Below are positions 32,091 through 44,355 of a stretch of DNA of 64,000 nucleotides, piece by piece. The first letter of the stretch is position 1, and the number at the start of each line of letters is the position of its first letter. The stretch is from Zancudomyces culisetae HAW-14-8 (taxonomy: Eukaryota > Fungi > Kickxellomycota). The notes beneath the pieces are model-generated. The model was not told where the DNA came from and did not search any database. It was given only the letters and a program-made list of their open reading frames with translations. The DNA is taken from contig JBNJNM010000016.1 of NCBI GenBank assembly GCA_052426225.1, forward strand, positions 1 to 64,000. Reading direction: 5' to 3'. Made by a program: the position numbers and the translations under genes.

Positions 32091-34706
32091 ATGGCAGAAA
32101 TAGTTCAGTACAGACTTGAGTCCATGATTCCAGAATTGGAGGATCTGGAAAGGAAGGGTTTGTTTAGTTCCGAAGAAATAAAACAAATAGTTAAAAAACG
32201 AGGTAGATTTGAGTATTTAATTAAAAGAAGGCAGCCGCCAATCCAAGATTTTCAGAGGTATATAGAATACGAGAAAAATCTGGAAAAGCTGAGGATATGG
32301 AGGAAAAGGAGACTAGGTGTGAAGGACCGAAGACAAACAATAAGCGACAGAGCTATAAGACAAAGGATAGAAAGTATATATGAAAGAGCGATACTCAAAC
32401 ATAAGGGTAAATTAGAGGTATGGTTGGAGTATATTGAGTTTAAAAAAGAGGAGGAAGAACGAGAAGAAAAGAAGAGCAAAAAAGTACAACAAGGCCAAGT
32501 AGGGGCAGGAAAAGAGGTCAAAAAATTAATGTCGAGAGTTATTCAAGTGTTTCCACAAAACGCGAGTCTCTGGATAGAAGCGGCTCGAATGGAGTATGAA
32601 GGAGAGGGTGATGTAGAAAAAGCGAGAAAACTGATGCAAAGAGCGATAAGAATAAACAAAGATGATATCAGTGTGTGGATAGAGTACTGTAAGATGGAAT
32701 TATTGTATATAGAAAAAATTAAACAACGAAGAAAGGTTTTGGGTATTGATGAACTCGAGAAGAGCGAAAATGGTCAACAAGAGAACAACGCAGGTGAGAA
32801 ATCAGAGTCAAGTGAGAAAAAGCAACAGGAAGGAGATAAGGAAAACCACAAAAGTGGCAATGATTCAGATACTAACGAAGATGAGCATTTTTCAGACGAT
32901 GTGATTAAGTTTGATGTAGAGAAAGAGAATCCGGATGGAGAACAGAGTGAAGAAAGTGATGAGGAGGAGAGAGAGTTTGAAAAAATACAAAATGAGGAAT
33001 TCAAGCAAGCGATGGAGATAGTTGAAAGAAGATACAACAAAGAAAAGGAAAACAAGCGAAAAAGGTCCAGATTGGGGCAAGAAGAGGAAGAGGAAATCAT
33101 TCGACAAAAGATGGAGGTATCCAACAATGAGTACTTGCAGGGCAAAATAGCACTAGTGGTATACAAATATGCAATTCAAAGTGTCAATACCTTGGAGATG
33201 CGAAAGCAGTTTTATGACTTGTTTTCAAAGTTTAAATTTAACGAGGGAGTACAACAAGTGCTTGAAGAAACCGTTGAGCATTATGTATCAAATAATAAAG
33301 ATTCTGTGACTAGTATTGAAAGTTTGAGAGAGAGGGTTGAGGCTTTGATATTTGTACATAAGAGTCAGATCGACCAAGCCAATACATTCTCTGTGAATGC
33401 TTTCAGCGTTGATTGGCTTAAAAACTATTCAAAGGTATACAAAGAAATTGAGGATAATTTAGAATCGGGATCTGATAACAAGGAGTTTGTTTATTTATAT
33501 TGGATCTCAAGCATAGGAATGTTAAAAGACGTTTTATCTGAGTTTGTAGAATCCACAAGTGGAGGAAATACAAACAGCACGAGATCTTCCAGGCGAAAAA
33601 GACAAAAGTCATCCACACAAAACAGCAATAATAACCAGCAACTTGAAAATGTAAAGAAATACATAGTCAAATCAATTGTATTGCTTTATGAAAAGGTTTT
33701 GACCAAAAATGAATTGTACGACTCCATAGTTTCAGAAAGCGATTACATTGAGTACATTGAGTTTGGATTGGAGAATAATGCTATGGACAAGAGTTCTGTC
33801 CAGGAACGTGTGGATCAAGGAATCGAGCTTTATTATGAAAATAGAAATAAGGAGAGTGCCAGTGGCAAGCTTCTGCTTTTCAAACTGAAGCACATATTCA
33901 ACTCCTTTGTAGATACCAGCGAGAACGCTAATGAGTACATTGCAGAGTTTGAAAAGGTATACAAAGTCTTCTTGTCAAAATCTGTGCTGATTGGAGATAT
34001 CAAAGTGGCAGAGGAAATTTTTGCTTTGTATTTGGATTTCAAAGATAGTTTGTACTATGCTAAAATCGTTGATACATATGACCTGGAAATGTTATCAAGT
34101 GATTACATTGCTACTATGACCAAACTCGTTTCGTTTTTTATTTCTCAACCTCTGAACAAGGCACAATTAAATGCAAGTGATGCTCAGATCAGCAAAGATA
34201 ATGAAAACGCTGTTCTCAGTGTTAAAAAGGATGATAACAATGCCTCCGCTAGCATCAGTGACGTGTTGGAGTCGTTGCTTGTTCGCTATTTGAACCTTTT
34301 TTCCAGCGGAGATATTTCAACTTTCCGTTCAAAGTTCACTAATTCCATCCAAAAAAACAACTTTCTTTCATACCTGACCTCTACTGTAAATGTCGTCGCT
34401 TTAGTCATTCAAACCGAGTCCAATTATTTGCTTTCAGAACTAAACTCAAAGTCACATCTCCCCTTAACCAAAAAGCTTGCGTATATCAAAAGCACTCCTG
34501 ATTTGCTTTCCTGCTACAGCCATATCACTTCTCTGTACAATTCTCTACTTTCCAGCAACTCCTCCGTTTTCCAACTATGGTCTGATCTCGTTTCTTTCCA
34601 TCTTGCTTGCGGCGACCTAGTTTCTGCCACTAGTTGCCGTCACTCCGCACTGCTATCCAACAATAACAATCCATTACTGGTCCAGATGTTATCAAAGCTT
34701 TTCTAA
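32091..34706 (+). CDS. UTP6: U3 snoRNA-associated protein 6 (HAT repeats), long form
   Basis: MAEIVQYRLESMIPELEDLERKGLFS..KRGRFEY..YIEYE, ARKLMQRAIR, WIEYCKMEL. Confidence 0.9.
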   Translation: MAEIVQYRLESMIPELEDLERKGLFSSEEIKQIVKKRGRFEYLIKRRQPPIQDFQRYIEYEKNLEKLRIWRKRRLGVKDRRQTISDRAIRQRIESIYERAILKHKGKLEVWLEYIEFKKEEEEREEKKSKKVQQGQVGAGKEVKKLMSRVIQVFPQNASLWIEAARMEYEGEGDVEKARKLMQRAIRINKDDISVWIEYCKMELLYIEKIKQRRKVLGIDELEKSENGQQENNAGEKSESSEKKQQEGDKENHKSGNDSDTNEDEHFSDDVIKFDVEKENPDGEQSEESDEEEREFEKIQNEEFKQAMEIVERRYNKEKENKRKRSRLGQEEEEEIIRQKMEVSNNEYLQGKIALVVYKYAIQSVNTLEMRKQFYDLFSKFKFNEGVQQVLEETVEHYVSNNKDSVTSIESLRERVEALIFVHKSQIDQANTFSVNAFSVDWLKNYSKVYKEIEDNLESGSDNKEFVYLYWISSIGMLKDVLSEFVESTSGGNTNSTRSSRRKRQKSSTQNSNNNQQLENVKKYIVKSIVLLYEKVLTKNELYDSIVSESDYIEYIEFGLENNAMDKSSVQERVDQGIELYYENRNKESASGKLLLFKLKHIFNSFVDTSENANEYIAEFEKVYKVFLSKSVLIGDIKVAEEIFALYLDFKDSLYYAKIVDTYDLEMLSSDYIATMTKLVSFFISQPLNKAQLNASDAQISKDNENAVLSVKKDDNNASASISDVLESLLVRYLNLFSSGDISTFRSKFTNSIQKNNFLSYLTSTVNVVALVIQTESNYLLSELNSKSHLPLTKKLAYIKSTPDLLSCYSHITSLYNSLLSSNSSVFQLWSDLVSFHLACGDLVSATSCRHSALLSNNNNPLLVQMLSKLF

Positions 34707-34861
34707 TTCATTTTTTCTTTCTTTACCATCTTGACTTATTTCACTTTTCAAATTTATTTTTAGACTATACTATATATATAATCGTATATATATTCATTTT
34801 CTTTTCGAGTTTTTATAAAAATAAAATACATAAAAAAAAGAAAAGAACTAAGCAAACCATC

Positions 34862-35953
34862 CTATGATTTTTCGTCTGCTATCTTGTCAAGCGCCTTTTG
34901 TGCATTCTCAACCTGTTTTTTCAATGTTTCGATCTCTACTGCTTGTTTCTTTCTTTTCTCAATTGCTTTCTTCAACTCCTCAATATCTGCTTTTACTTTT
35001 TTCATCTCTACCACCATCTTTAGACACTTTGCTTCTTCTTCAGACACTGACAGCCTTGTTACTGACTTCATGTCCTTGAGTTCTGTCTTTGCTGCAAACA
35101 CCTCAAGTAGGATTTTCTTTGTTAATAGTAGTACCAATCCCAATACCAATGTAATACCACAGAGGTAAAAGTTTCGTTGGGCATATATCCTTGTGACATT
35201 ATTTGAAAGCTTAGAAATTATGTTTTCAGACCCAGTGTCTTCGCTTTCCAGTCTCATCACTCTGTATATCGAATCTATGTCAAAATATTTCATTATAAAC
35301 AAAAGTATTTTGACTATCCTAGCAGTTGTAGCAATGTTTTATTATAATTCTTGAGAGCTGACTTACCAGCGAATAGGATACCCACAAAGCTATTTTGTCC
35401 AGATAAAATAAATATCAACAGGTTAAACATATACATACTATCTACACTTTTACATTATATTAAACTACTAATAGCTATGAGCACTAGCTATATTACTAGA
35501 AAAATTAATTGTGACTTACAGGTAGATAAATCCCAGGAATTTTATTACACTTTTGATCTATTAAAATTTAAACACTCGCTTTCAATTATATTCATACAAG
35601 ATAGTGTTAAGAATTTTAAATGTTGAATGTTGTGATGATTACCCCTTCGCTTTTGCTTATCGCTTTCAAGACTCCATTTCGCCATCTATCAGGGAACGGA
35701 ATCTACGTAATTTTCGTTCAATTCAAATTAAAAGCCCCAGCCGATTTTATTTTATCTTTTTCAACTTTTCAAACATAGGTATAAAGACTACTTACCATCA
35801 ATAGGCCAAATATTGCTATCTATATTTATATACTTAAAAGGTTTAGAATGCATTTCGAATACGGATAAAAATGTATAGTAAGAATGGGATTTTTGTTTTT
35901 CCTACCTCCGTCAGCATTAGCGAATAGACCAATGTAAATTGTACTGAAGCCAT
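34862..35953 (-). CDS. BAP31/Yet-family ER membrane protein, 6 exons
   Basis: Exons 35953-35906, 35819-35796, 35702-35643, 35557-35520, 35389-35367, 35274-34862, all GT..AG and in phase. Gives MASVQFTLVYSLMLTEIAIFGLLMIPFP..FVGILFADS..YAQRNFYLCG plus a coiled coil. Confidence 0.88.
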
Positions 35954-36971
35954 TGTACCTCTCAGATATCTTTTTTAATCTTTGTGTTGTACTTTTTTAA
36001 ACTGTTCTTGACAAGTGTGGAGGGTGGTTTAATCTCAGAACTCTAGAGGTTATAAATGTATTATCTTTCTACTACGAGAAAATTAAGTTTGGGTTTTTTA
36101 ATGGGGGTTTTTATTTTATTTCTTGACTGTAAAATCGAAACTTTCTTTAAATTTCCGAAAATATTGGCAGAAACTAGAAAATAAATCGGAGAGTCTAATC
36201 GAGTCAGCTTATTTCCAAATACACACTATTTCCAATCCAAAATTATCCACCAATGGAAATTCTCGACATTTAGTATGGTATTTTCACCCATTTATTTAAT
36301 TCTTTTCAATTCAATTTTTTTTTGATTAACCAAAAGTAAAATAAATAAACTTGGAAAGTTGGGCTGTTTGAGAATCAGACTAAATGCTGTCGAGCTCATT
36401 ACGTATGTTTTGAAAAGATGGGAATGTCCAATCCAAAATTTGAGACCAAAGCAACCATTTAGTGAGCTAAATTAGTTGAATAAATGCGGTTAGCAACTTG
36501 GAGTGGATGTATTTCCGATTGATATTTCAAATAACACCATGTTCATTTGCAAGAAGTTGCGGCGTAAATATGCTGTTCCTCTCAAGATACAAGTCCTAGC
36601 TGATACCAATGCCTTCTTTATATTTCGACATTCCGTCATAACAGAAACCATTTTATTCACAAACATTTTTGCATCGATGATGATGATGTTCTCTAATCAC
36701 TAATCTTTCTCGAGAGCACTTTCTAGAAAATTACAAAACAGTCTTATATATATAAAAAAACCAACTAGAAAAAAATAAAAATAAAAATAGATGTAGCACT
36801 AGAATTAGTATTTAACCGTATGGATGAAATACCAAGAGATGTTTCTGTGGTATGAACGACATAAAAACAGCCCAGTCCCTGCAAGTAACAGCAACAACGT
36901 TAACAATGTCAACATCAAGGTTAATACCAATAGCGTTGGCAAGACAACAAAACAAAACAAAATAATCACTG

Positions 36972-38326
36972 TTAGAGTGTTTTCTTATTCACATTTGTGT
37001 ATCCAGTACCTACACAGGTCAAATCTACCATTCCTGGATACGCTTTGCTTTGCTGAACCCTGAATGTAACATTGAAAAAATCTCGCAAATCCCGCAAATA
37101 CTGCACCGTGAATGGATTCAGTTCTCCAACAATAGTCTTGGAAACATCCTCTGAACTTAGTGTCATAAACAGTAACGGAATCCAATGATGGTATGTGTCA
37201 AAGTAACCGCCTTTTGACACTTCAGATAAGAGCATATGGGCACATTTCTGGCCGAGGTCTTCAGGCGTCTCCATGGCTTCCGCGCATAACTCGGCAGAAT
37301 AATACGCACCTGTATCGCTTTCAGCTACTAGTGAAAGTCCATACCCTGGTGATAAACCAGATTCTGCCCCCTTGTATACATCTGTGTATAAATATATATC
37401 CTGCGAATATTCACCCAAGACTCCCTTTGCTGCATCCACCATTCTATTTGCTGTTTGTGGTGAAACTCGTGTACTATATGCTATTCCACGAATTCTTTTA
37501 ATATGGCCGCAGTCTATCAGCTCTGTTGGCTCTATTTTCCGTATTGATGGGCACACAAGTTTTACTTCACCTCCCCCCAAAGGTGGAGCACCTCTCTTTA
37601 TAACCGACAATTCTAACCCTTCTAAAATCCCAAAATGCTTAAATTGTGGAAGTGTTACTGTACGAATCGTATCTACAGTTAAATCTACATTGTTGTTTGT
37701 GACACCTTTTAAAATAGCTGTTACAGTTTTTTTCGCAAATGGCGCCAGTGCCAAAATGAACTCCAAATAATATCCTATCCCACGTGATACAGGACAGCTA
37801 TGCTCTATTCTTCCTCCAATAATAACACCCGGTTTAAATAGAACCGTTGTACCTATTATAAGTACGTATATATGTGCATATTTAGTGAATTATTCTGTAT
37901 CGTCTGAATTTAACTTTGAAGAAAACGCAATCTCATGTTAATAAATCGCACCAACTTTGGTTCTGACGTTATTATGTTTATACACACATGTATATATATA
38001 TATCTCCCGGTTTCATTTTTTAAACGCTGACTTACCAGTATAACTGATATCTATCACGGTTCCGTTTGTTAACTTTTCTGCAATTTGAAGTAGTCTTATT
38101 TCAAAATCTATAGAGTTGATTCCTTTATTTAGCATCTTGTAAAATCTCATATATCATACGTCAACATATATAACAAGAATGAGTGTATACCTTTCAAGCC
38201 CGGATTTTCGTCCTCAGAGCGTATTTCGTCTATTCTTACAGGAATTGCACTGATCAAAGACATTACTACTCGCTCTCGCAAAAATTCATGCCCTGCAAAT
38301 CGTCTAATCTCCTTTTCTTTTATCAT
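36972..38326 (-). CDS. RCL1: RNA 3'-phosphate cyclase-like rRNA processing protein, 3 exons, ~362 aa
   Basis: Exons 38326-38191, 38107-38036, 37852-36972. FAGHEFLRER, IRSEDENPGL, KRGAPPLGGGEV, RIRGIAYSTRVSP, QYLRDLRDFF. Confidence 0.93.
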
Positions 38327-40743
38327 TATTGCAAACTGATTTTACGCTACTATCGATGTTTAGAGTTCGCTTTTGGTTAATATTTGAAGCGTTTCATTAA
38401 TATATGTTTTTGCTTCTTTAGCCTGAACTTGTTGAATCAAATTCCATCAACTACAAAAAAAAAATTTTTTTTTTTCAGTTCACTGAAATGCGAATAAATT
38501 GGCCAATGAGGCTATGGTTAATTCTCCATAATAATTATATGATGGATTTATATTTAACATTTAAAAATTAAAGTTGGAAAGTGTGAACGTAAAGGTGGTA
38601 GAGGAAGGAAAAGATGTGACAATACTAAAATAGCTCTTTACAGTATACAAAAAGGAAACAAGAAGTGAGCTATTTTTTGAGGGGAATAGGTGTGGGGATT
38701 CAGTTATTCTAATTCTGTACTGGTGGGTACCAAATAGCTGATCTTGTCCAGCAACATATCTGCCGTTTTGTAATTTTGATCAGATCGATGACACTTTTGT
38801 TTAGTCAATAGTGTCGCAAAAATGGAATAGTAGTAAATGATGAGTGAAAAACGAATGGTTGGTAGTGTGTATATTCTGCTAAATTAATAACCAAACTATT
38901 TAAAATATTTGCACATTTATTTGTTTTTGTGCGTTCGTAAAATAATTAAACGCTGCAACAATAGAGAGGAGGGAGGTCATGTTTTTTGAAAGAAGAGCAA
39001 CAGACGGTACGCATTCGATGTGATATACTTGTATCTTAAATGTAGTTTCTTTTGTCAAAAACCACAATTTGTTGAATTACGAAAATTTCCATTCATTTGA
39101 TTTATCACAAGAAAATCAAATGACATGAACACTCATGGTTTTATTTAAATCACGTTTGCTTTACTGCACTACCAAGCCCCCCCCCCCCCCCATCAAAAAA
39201 AAAGTATCAGTAGATAAAAAAGCTGCAAAAGCAAAAATATCATGAGAAAGTCTAGAGATTTACCAAAGGTCATCATCCCATTCACACTTCAATAAAAAGG
39301 GACAGCTTGCTATATCTATATATTGTTTGGTAAATAAGATATTTGGCTATAGAGTGCATGTGAATCACATTTTAGGTATCACAATAGAATGGCACATCCT
39401 CTGACACCTTTGTGGTTTGCTCATATACATTTTTAAAATTTGCAACTATTTCAGCACTACAACCTCGGTAAATAGTAGGCATTAAAAATTGTGCAATAAA
39501 AAGGGTATACATTCTCAGGTTGCACTGTAAGGAAATTTAAAGACGAGACTAGTTTACCAAAGACCGATACACAAATCACCAGCGTATAGTCACACAGCCT
39601 GTAGTATGCATTTCATGGGTCAAAAACCTGCTGCTTGTTCTTTTAGAGGGCGGGCGGGATGCTATTTCTTTTTGCAAGCTAACAAACACAATCAGGTAAA
39701 TTCGGGTGGCGACCCCCATGATTGTGATTTCTCAAAATGCTGTAAATGGGGAGGTGTTTATTTATCGTCATTTTTAAGAGCACGTATGGTTTTATTTGCG
39801 GAATTGATTAATATGTTTGTGGTAAGAATGCTTCGATAATAATGATATCTTGTGTTACGGCTCGAAAAGGTATGTATATCTATTTTTAGACCATTATCCG
39901 GCTAAACAAAATGCCAATTAAAATTGCATCTTTTTTCCTTTTTGTGGATACAAAATTCCATAGGTCATTAAAATGTGCTAAATTAAACCACAACTCTACT
40001 CAGAGCCATTAGCTACATGTCCCTGGCAAGACGTAAATAAAACATCATTACAAGATACAGGCATTTCCCAGCCCCGGTCCCAATCTTTCAAAAAAGAAAA
40101 AGCGAGTGAACCGATGAAGATCTTAAGGTTTAATACCAATTACACAATAGGATTCGATTTTTAGGTATTTATCCATTCCAAACCACCCAAATGGTTTATA
40201 TAGGTGAACAGTAACACACCCATTTGGCATTCACAAGTATGCTTGTCATGCATTATTGTATATCTCGGTTGGACTTATTTATGACTTGAACGGGGAAAAG
40301 TGGTTGATACCCAATGAATAAATGTGTGATGTAAATAAACAAAATAAATCTTTATTAACTATTGGCTGTGAAGGCGTTTTGGTAAGCTGAGAAAACCGAA
40401 ATTCAGCACTTGTGGAATGTATTCAACATCAAAAGCTTAAACAAATTATTAGTGAAACTAACTTCATGCTTTTCTTTCATAGTTGTCAAAAAGCTCCACT
40501 TGCCAAGGGAGAATAAACAACATAAAACCTAGAAACACAGGCAGGTGATTAATTTTCGACTTTATTTCTTTTTTTTACTTTTGTTCCTTGAAATATATTT
40601 GGTTGAGGTTTAAGCAGTTTATTAAAGACGAGTTTATAACCTTTTATTCACTCGTTTTTTTTGCCAGTCTAACGATAAAGCTATAAAAAGTAAAACATAG
40701 TATAGAAATTCGCACATAAGCTACTAGTAAATAGGTTTCAAAA

Positions 40744-41780
40744 ATGAATGATTTTAAAAAGTACCAATCAAGCAAAGGAAGAGGCATGAGAGAGGAAACA
40801 CCCTCCAAGCCAACATTTGCCGACGCTAACGAATCTGATGAGGAGGTAGATGCAATCAAAACCAGAATATATGAAACCAAACAGGACAGTTTGAGATCAA
40901 CCAGAAATGCACTCAGACAGGTTAGAGAAACGGAGGGTACGGCCGCAAAGACCATGGTAAAGTTGGGGGAGCAGTCAGGTCAGTAGAGTTTCCACTACCT
41001 TTATTGTATTTCCGTCATATCGGTTTATTTATATTTTGCAAGGGTCCAAACGGCTCTTCTAGTTTTCTTTAGCTGGCTTGCAGAATTACTTTATTCAAGC
41101 TATTCTTGAGAGAGTTTGCCGCACTAAACTTCACTACATTAAACCATCATTGCTTTAATATTTTACTCTTACCTTTATCATTCGATGATATATTATCCTT
41201 GTATTTTAGAACATAAAGTAACACCATAAATATTATTTTATATAAAATAGCTCAACTTAATAAGATTGACAAAACAGTTGAACTCACAAACGTACATGCA
41301 CAGGACTCGATCGAAAAGACTAACAAGCTGAAGACCCTTAACAAGTCTATTTTTGCAATCAGCATAGGTAACCCATTCTCTAACAAGAAAAAGCGCCAAG
41401 AAGAGCTCGAAAAAGCTAAGCTTGCTCATGAAAAGAGTGTAGAAGAAAATGAGAGAATAAGAAAACAGAATTACGACTCCAAGAAACGAGTTGAAGGTGT
41501 CACAAAGGAGGCAGGAAGATTTGCCTCTGGAAACTCCAAACTTTCTGCTGAGGATAGGGCAAGATACACCTTCGAAGATGAAGATCCTGATATGGAGGAC
41601 GAAATAAACGAAAATCTTAACGAGATCGGTGATGCTGTCGGTGGCTTGAAGCGGATGGCTCTTGGAATGGGCGAAGAGCTAGAAGCACAAAACAAAACTC
41701 TTGACCGTGTTCAGAAGCGTACAGATGATACTTCTGCCAAGATTGCTGTTTCACAACACGTGCTCCGAAAGATCAAATAA
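40744..41780 (+). CDS. SEC9: Qbc t-SNARE (Sec9/SNAP-25 family), 2 exons, ~254 aa
   Basis: Exons 40744-40978 and 41251-41780. TKQDSLRSTRNAL..KLGEQ, LKTLNKSIFAI, EDEINENL..LKRMALGMGEELEAQN. Confidence 0.88.
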
Positions 41781-43242
41781 GCCTCTGCGCTTGTTTTATC
41801 CTCCAAATGGCTTTAACAAGTGTAGATTGGTGTTTTGTAATTTATTTTTCGTAATCTTTTTTTTTCTCAAGATTTGCAACACCATTCAGCCGCTGTTAAC
41901 TATTTATCACACCTTTACTATTACTTTTTTATTATTTTTTTTTGTCTTTACAGAATAATGTTTTATAATTATGTTATAGTTGAGAAAAAAGCGTAAGGAA
42001 ATGGTGCTAGATTAAATAACAAGGAACACTGCAGCAACCGAGTATTGTGAACTTCATGTTCTTCTTCTATTTCTCTTTACCATCGTTTTTTGTGGATTTG
42101 GTACGCTATTGATGTTTTATGTGAAGTGTGAAATGTTAGAAGTGAAACACAGGACCCATGGACATTATGAGTTTGAAAAGCACAAAAGTTGTATGTATCA
42201 CAAATTGTACTTTCACCATGATGTGTACATATGTATGAATTAGTACTTTCTGTTAGCAACCCTAAAATTCAATCCTGTATGACGATGGTTCACTAGCTAA
42301 ATGGGGGCGGGTTTACAAGGGGGGAGTTCGTTTGGTGTTGACTGTATTGGTAATTCCACAACTGCTATTGGACATTATTTTAGACATGTGAAGCATAAAA
42401 ACACAAAAATAGGAATGATCGAGAAAGGTTTGTTTTGTTGTTTTTTTTTGGGGGGGGGTGTTACCTTATATTTACCCGTATTATTTTCCAACCCTTTTAA
42501 AAGTAAACCAACCGTCTAGTATGGTAAAAGCACAGAAAGCGAAAAAATTCACCCACGCACACGTTTCCCGCCCCCAAATTTCCTCTCTAGCTTCGATCCA
42601 GCTAATTAAACATGGTACTTAATGTTCTATTATTTATCAGTTTTATCACTAAACCGAGGGGAATTTGCTCATTTGCGCACCTATAGTTAAATCTTAATAA
42701 ACACCAAGAAAAAAAAGATATTTTTGTTGGCCGAATGCTGGCATAAAGAAAAGACCGGGAATTTGATTTATAAAATGACAGTATTTTTGACCTGTATTCA
42801 ACATTTCGTATGCCAATTTAAAGCACTCAAGAAACCCCCCCAAAAAAGTATTCCAGTATATCAATATTTTGGCCTAAGCGGATTATTAGCTTACAAACCA
42901 AGTTTTGTTTGTGTTAAAATAAAGAAAAGATGAACGAACTCTTTCTTTTTTAAATCTTGAAACAACCTTAAATATACAACACCCGAAGCAAACTACAATG
43001 TCTCACTAAGTATACAGTGTATTGCAAATATTAGAATTTTAATATCTAGAGTTCAAAGAGTTTATTACACTTTAGTAGTCTGTTACCTAACAAAAATACT
43101 GATTGTGATAGTTGTGGGGTGGGTTGTCCGATATAATCAATACAAGATTTTCACTTTTCTCGATATATATATATATATTACTAATTATACCTTTAAATTA
43201 TTGAAAAACACACTTCGCTAGCTACAATAGTCGTAAAATAAG

Positions 43243-44253
43243 ATGGATCTGAAGAGCCTTATTTCTTTGCTGCTCTTTCAACTTTTTGTGGTAAATGGGG
43301 ATCAGCAAGTAAAAAGAGATAACTCCAGTGAATCAATCAGTAAATTCGACTTGACGTCCAACCAGCGGGTTGTTAATGGAGTGCCAGCCCTTATAAACGA
43401 GTTTCCCTACGCCGTTTTCATATATATCGACTTGGGAAGTTCAGGCGAGGTTTGTACAGGATCATTAATCTCTGACTCTGTGGTTGTTACCGCAGCACAC
43501 TGTCTATTAAAAGACTTGAAAGAGCCTTATTCACCATCAAAATTTCTTGTCAGCGCGGGAAGTATAAAAAGCATTGATACGAATACAAACAGATTCAAAG
43601 TAAAAGCAACATATTCTCACCCAAAGTTTAATAAAAATTCTCTAGCGAATGACATTGGTTTACTTGTACTTTCATCACCCGTTCCCAGCAGTATTGCGAC
43701 TCCAGTTTCAATTTATGACGACGTTGTGGGGGATGGGATGAACGTTACTGCTGCGGGTTGGGGAGTTACTTCAAACAACGCCAATGCCAGCGCATCCAAG
43801 GTTTTAAATAAGGTTCCCCTCATTGTTTCCTCTTCTAGTACGTGTAAGACGCTTAACCCATTTTGGAAAAATAATAACGACTACAGTATATGTACAGTAA
43901 ATGTTAAAAACCAGGATACGTGTTACGGAGATTCAGGTGGGCCACTGACATACATAGAAGACGGTGCTCATTTACTAGTTGGTCTGACAAGTATGGGGAA
44001 TGCACCTGGAGATGATACAACATCCTCGTTATGTGGAGTGAATGGCGGCGCAGCTTATTACACACACGTGTTTTATTTTATTGACTGGATATCCCAGACA
44101 ACAGGGATCAAAAAGGAGGATCTTTTGGATAAAACATCACGATCTAACCTCCAACCGCAGACTTCTGCTGCGACTCGGAAAGGATCACAAGTTTTCTTGC
44201 CTATTTCGTTCTCTTTATTATTCATTGCTTTTACTTTACTGCTATTTATGTAG
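43243..44253 (+). CDS. Secreted trypsin-like serine protease (S1A) with predicted GPI/TM anchor
   Basis: Signal peptide, R|VVNG activation site, TAAHC, NDIGLL, DTCYGDSGGP (Asp189 equivalent), hydrophobic C-terminal tail. Confidence 0.93.
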   Translation: MDLKSLISLLLFQLFVVNGDQQVKRDNSSESISKFDLTSNQRVVNGVPALINEFPYAVFIYIDLGSSGEVCTGSLISDSVVVTAAHCLLKDLKEPYSPSKFLVSAGSIKSIDTNTNRFKVKATYSHPKFNKNSLANDIGLLVLSSPVPSSIATPVSIYDDVVGDGMNVTAAGWGVTSNNANASASKVLNKVPLIVSSSSTCKTLNPFWKNNNDYSICTVNVKNQDTCYGDSGGPLTYIEDGAHLLVGLTSMGNAPGDDTTSSLCGVNGGAAYYTHVFYFIDWISQTTGIKKEDLLDKTSRSNLQPQTSAATRKGSQVFLPISFSLLFIAFTLLLFM

Positions 44254-44355
44254 GTATTAAGGGGATGTAGCTAATTGACAGAAAAATAGAACAAGTTACT
44301 TTTTTATAGACTTTTCTTTATTATATTATATATTAGTAAACAAATAAATATGAAA

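Noticed and set aside
36503-36703. Short ORF between BAP31 and RCL1
   Set aside because: Non-ATG start, no motif and no consistent exon structure.
39177-39191. Poly-C/G runs (also ~23890, ~28264, ~42450) as functional G-quadruplexes
   Set aside because: Isolated homopolymers with no consistent position or supporting pattern.
44261-44330. GGGGATGTAGCT resembles the 5' end of tRNA-Ala
   Set aside because: No D-arm completion, anticodon arm, T-loop or acceptor pairing follows.
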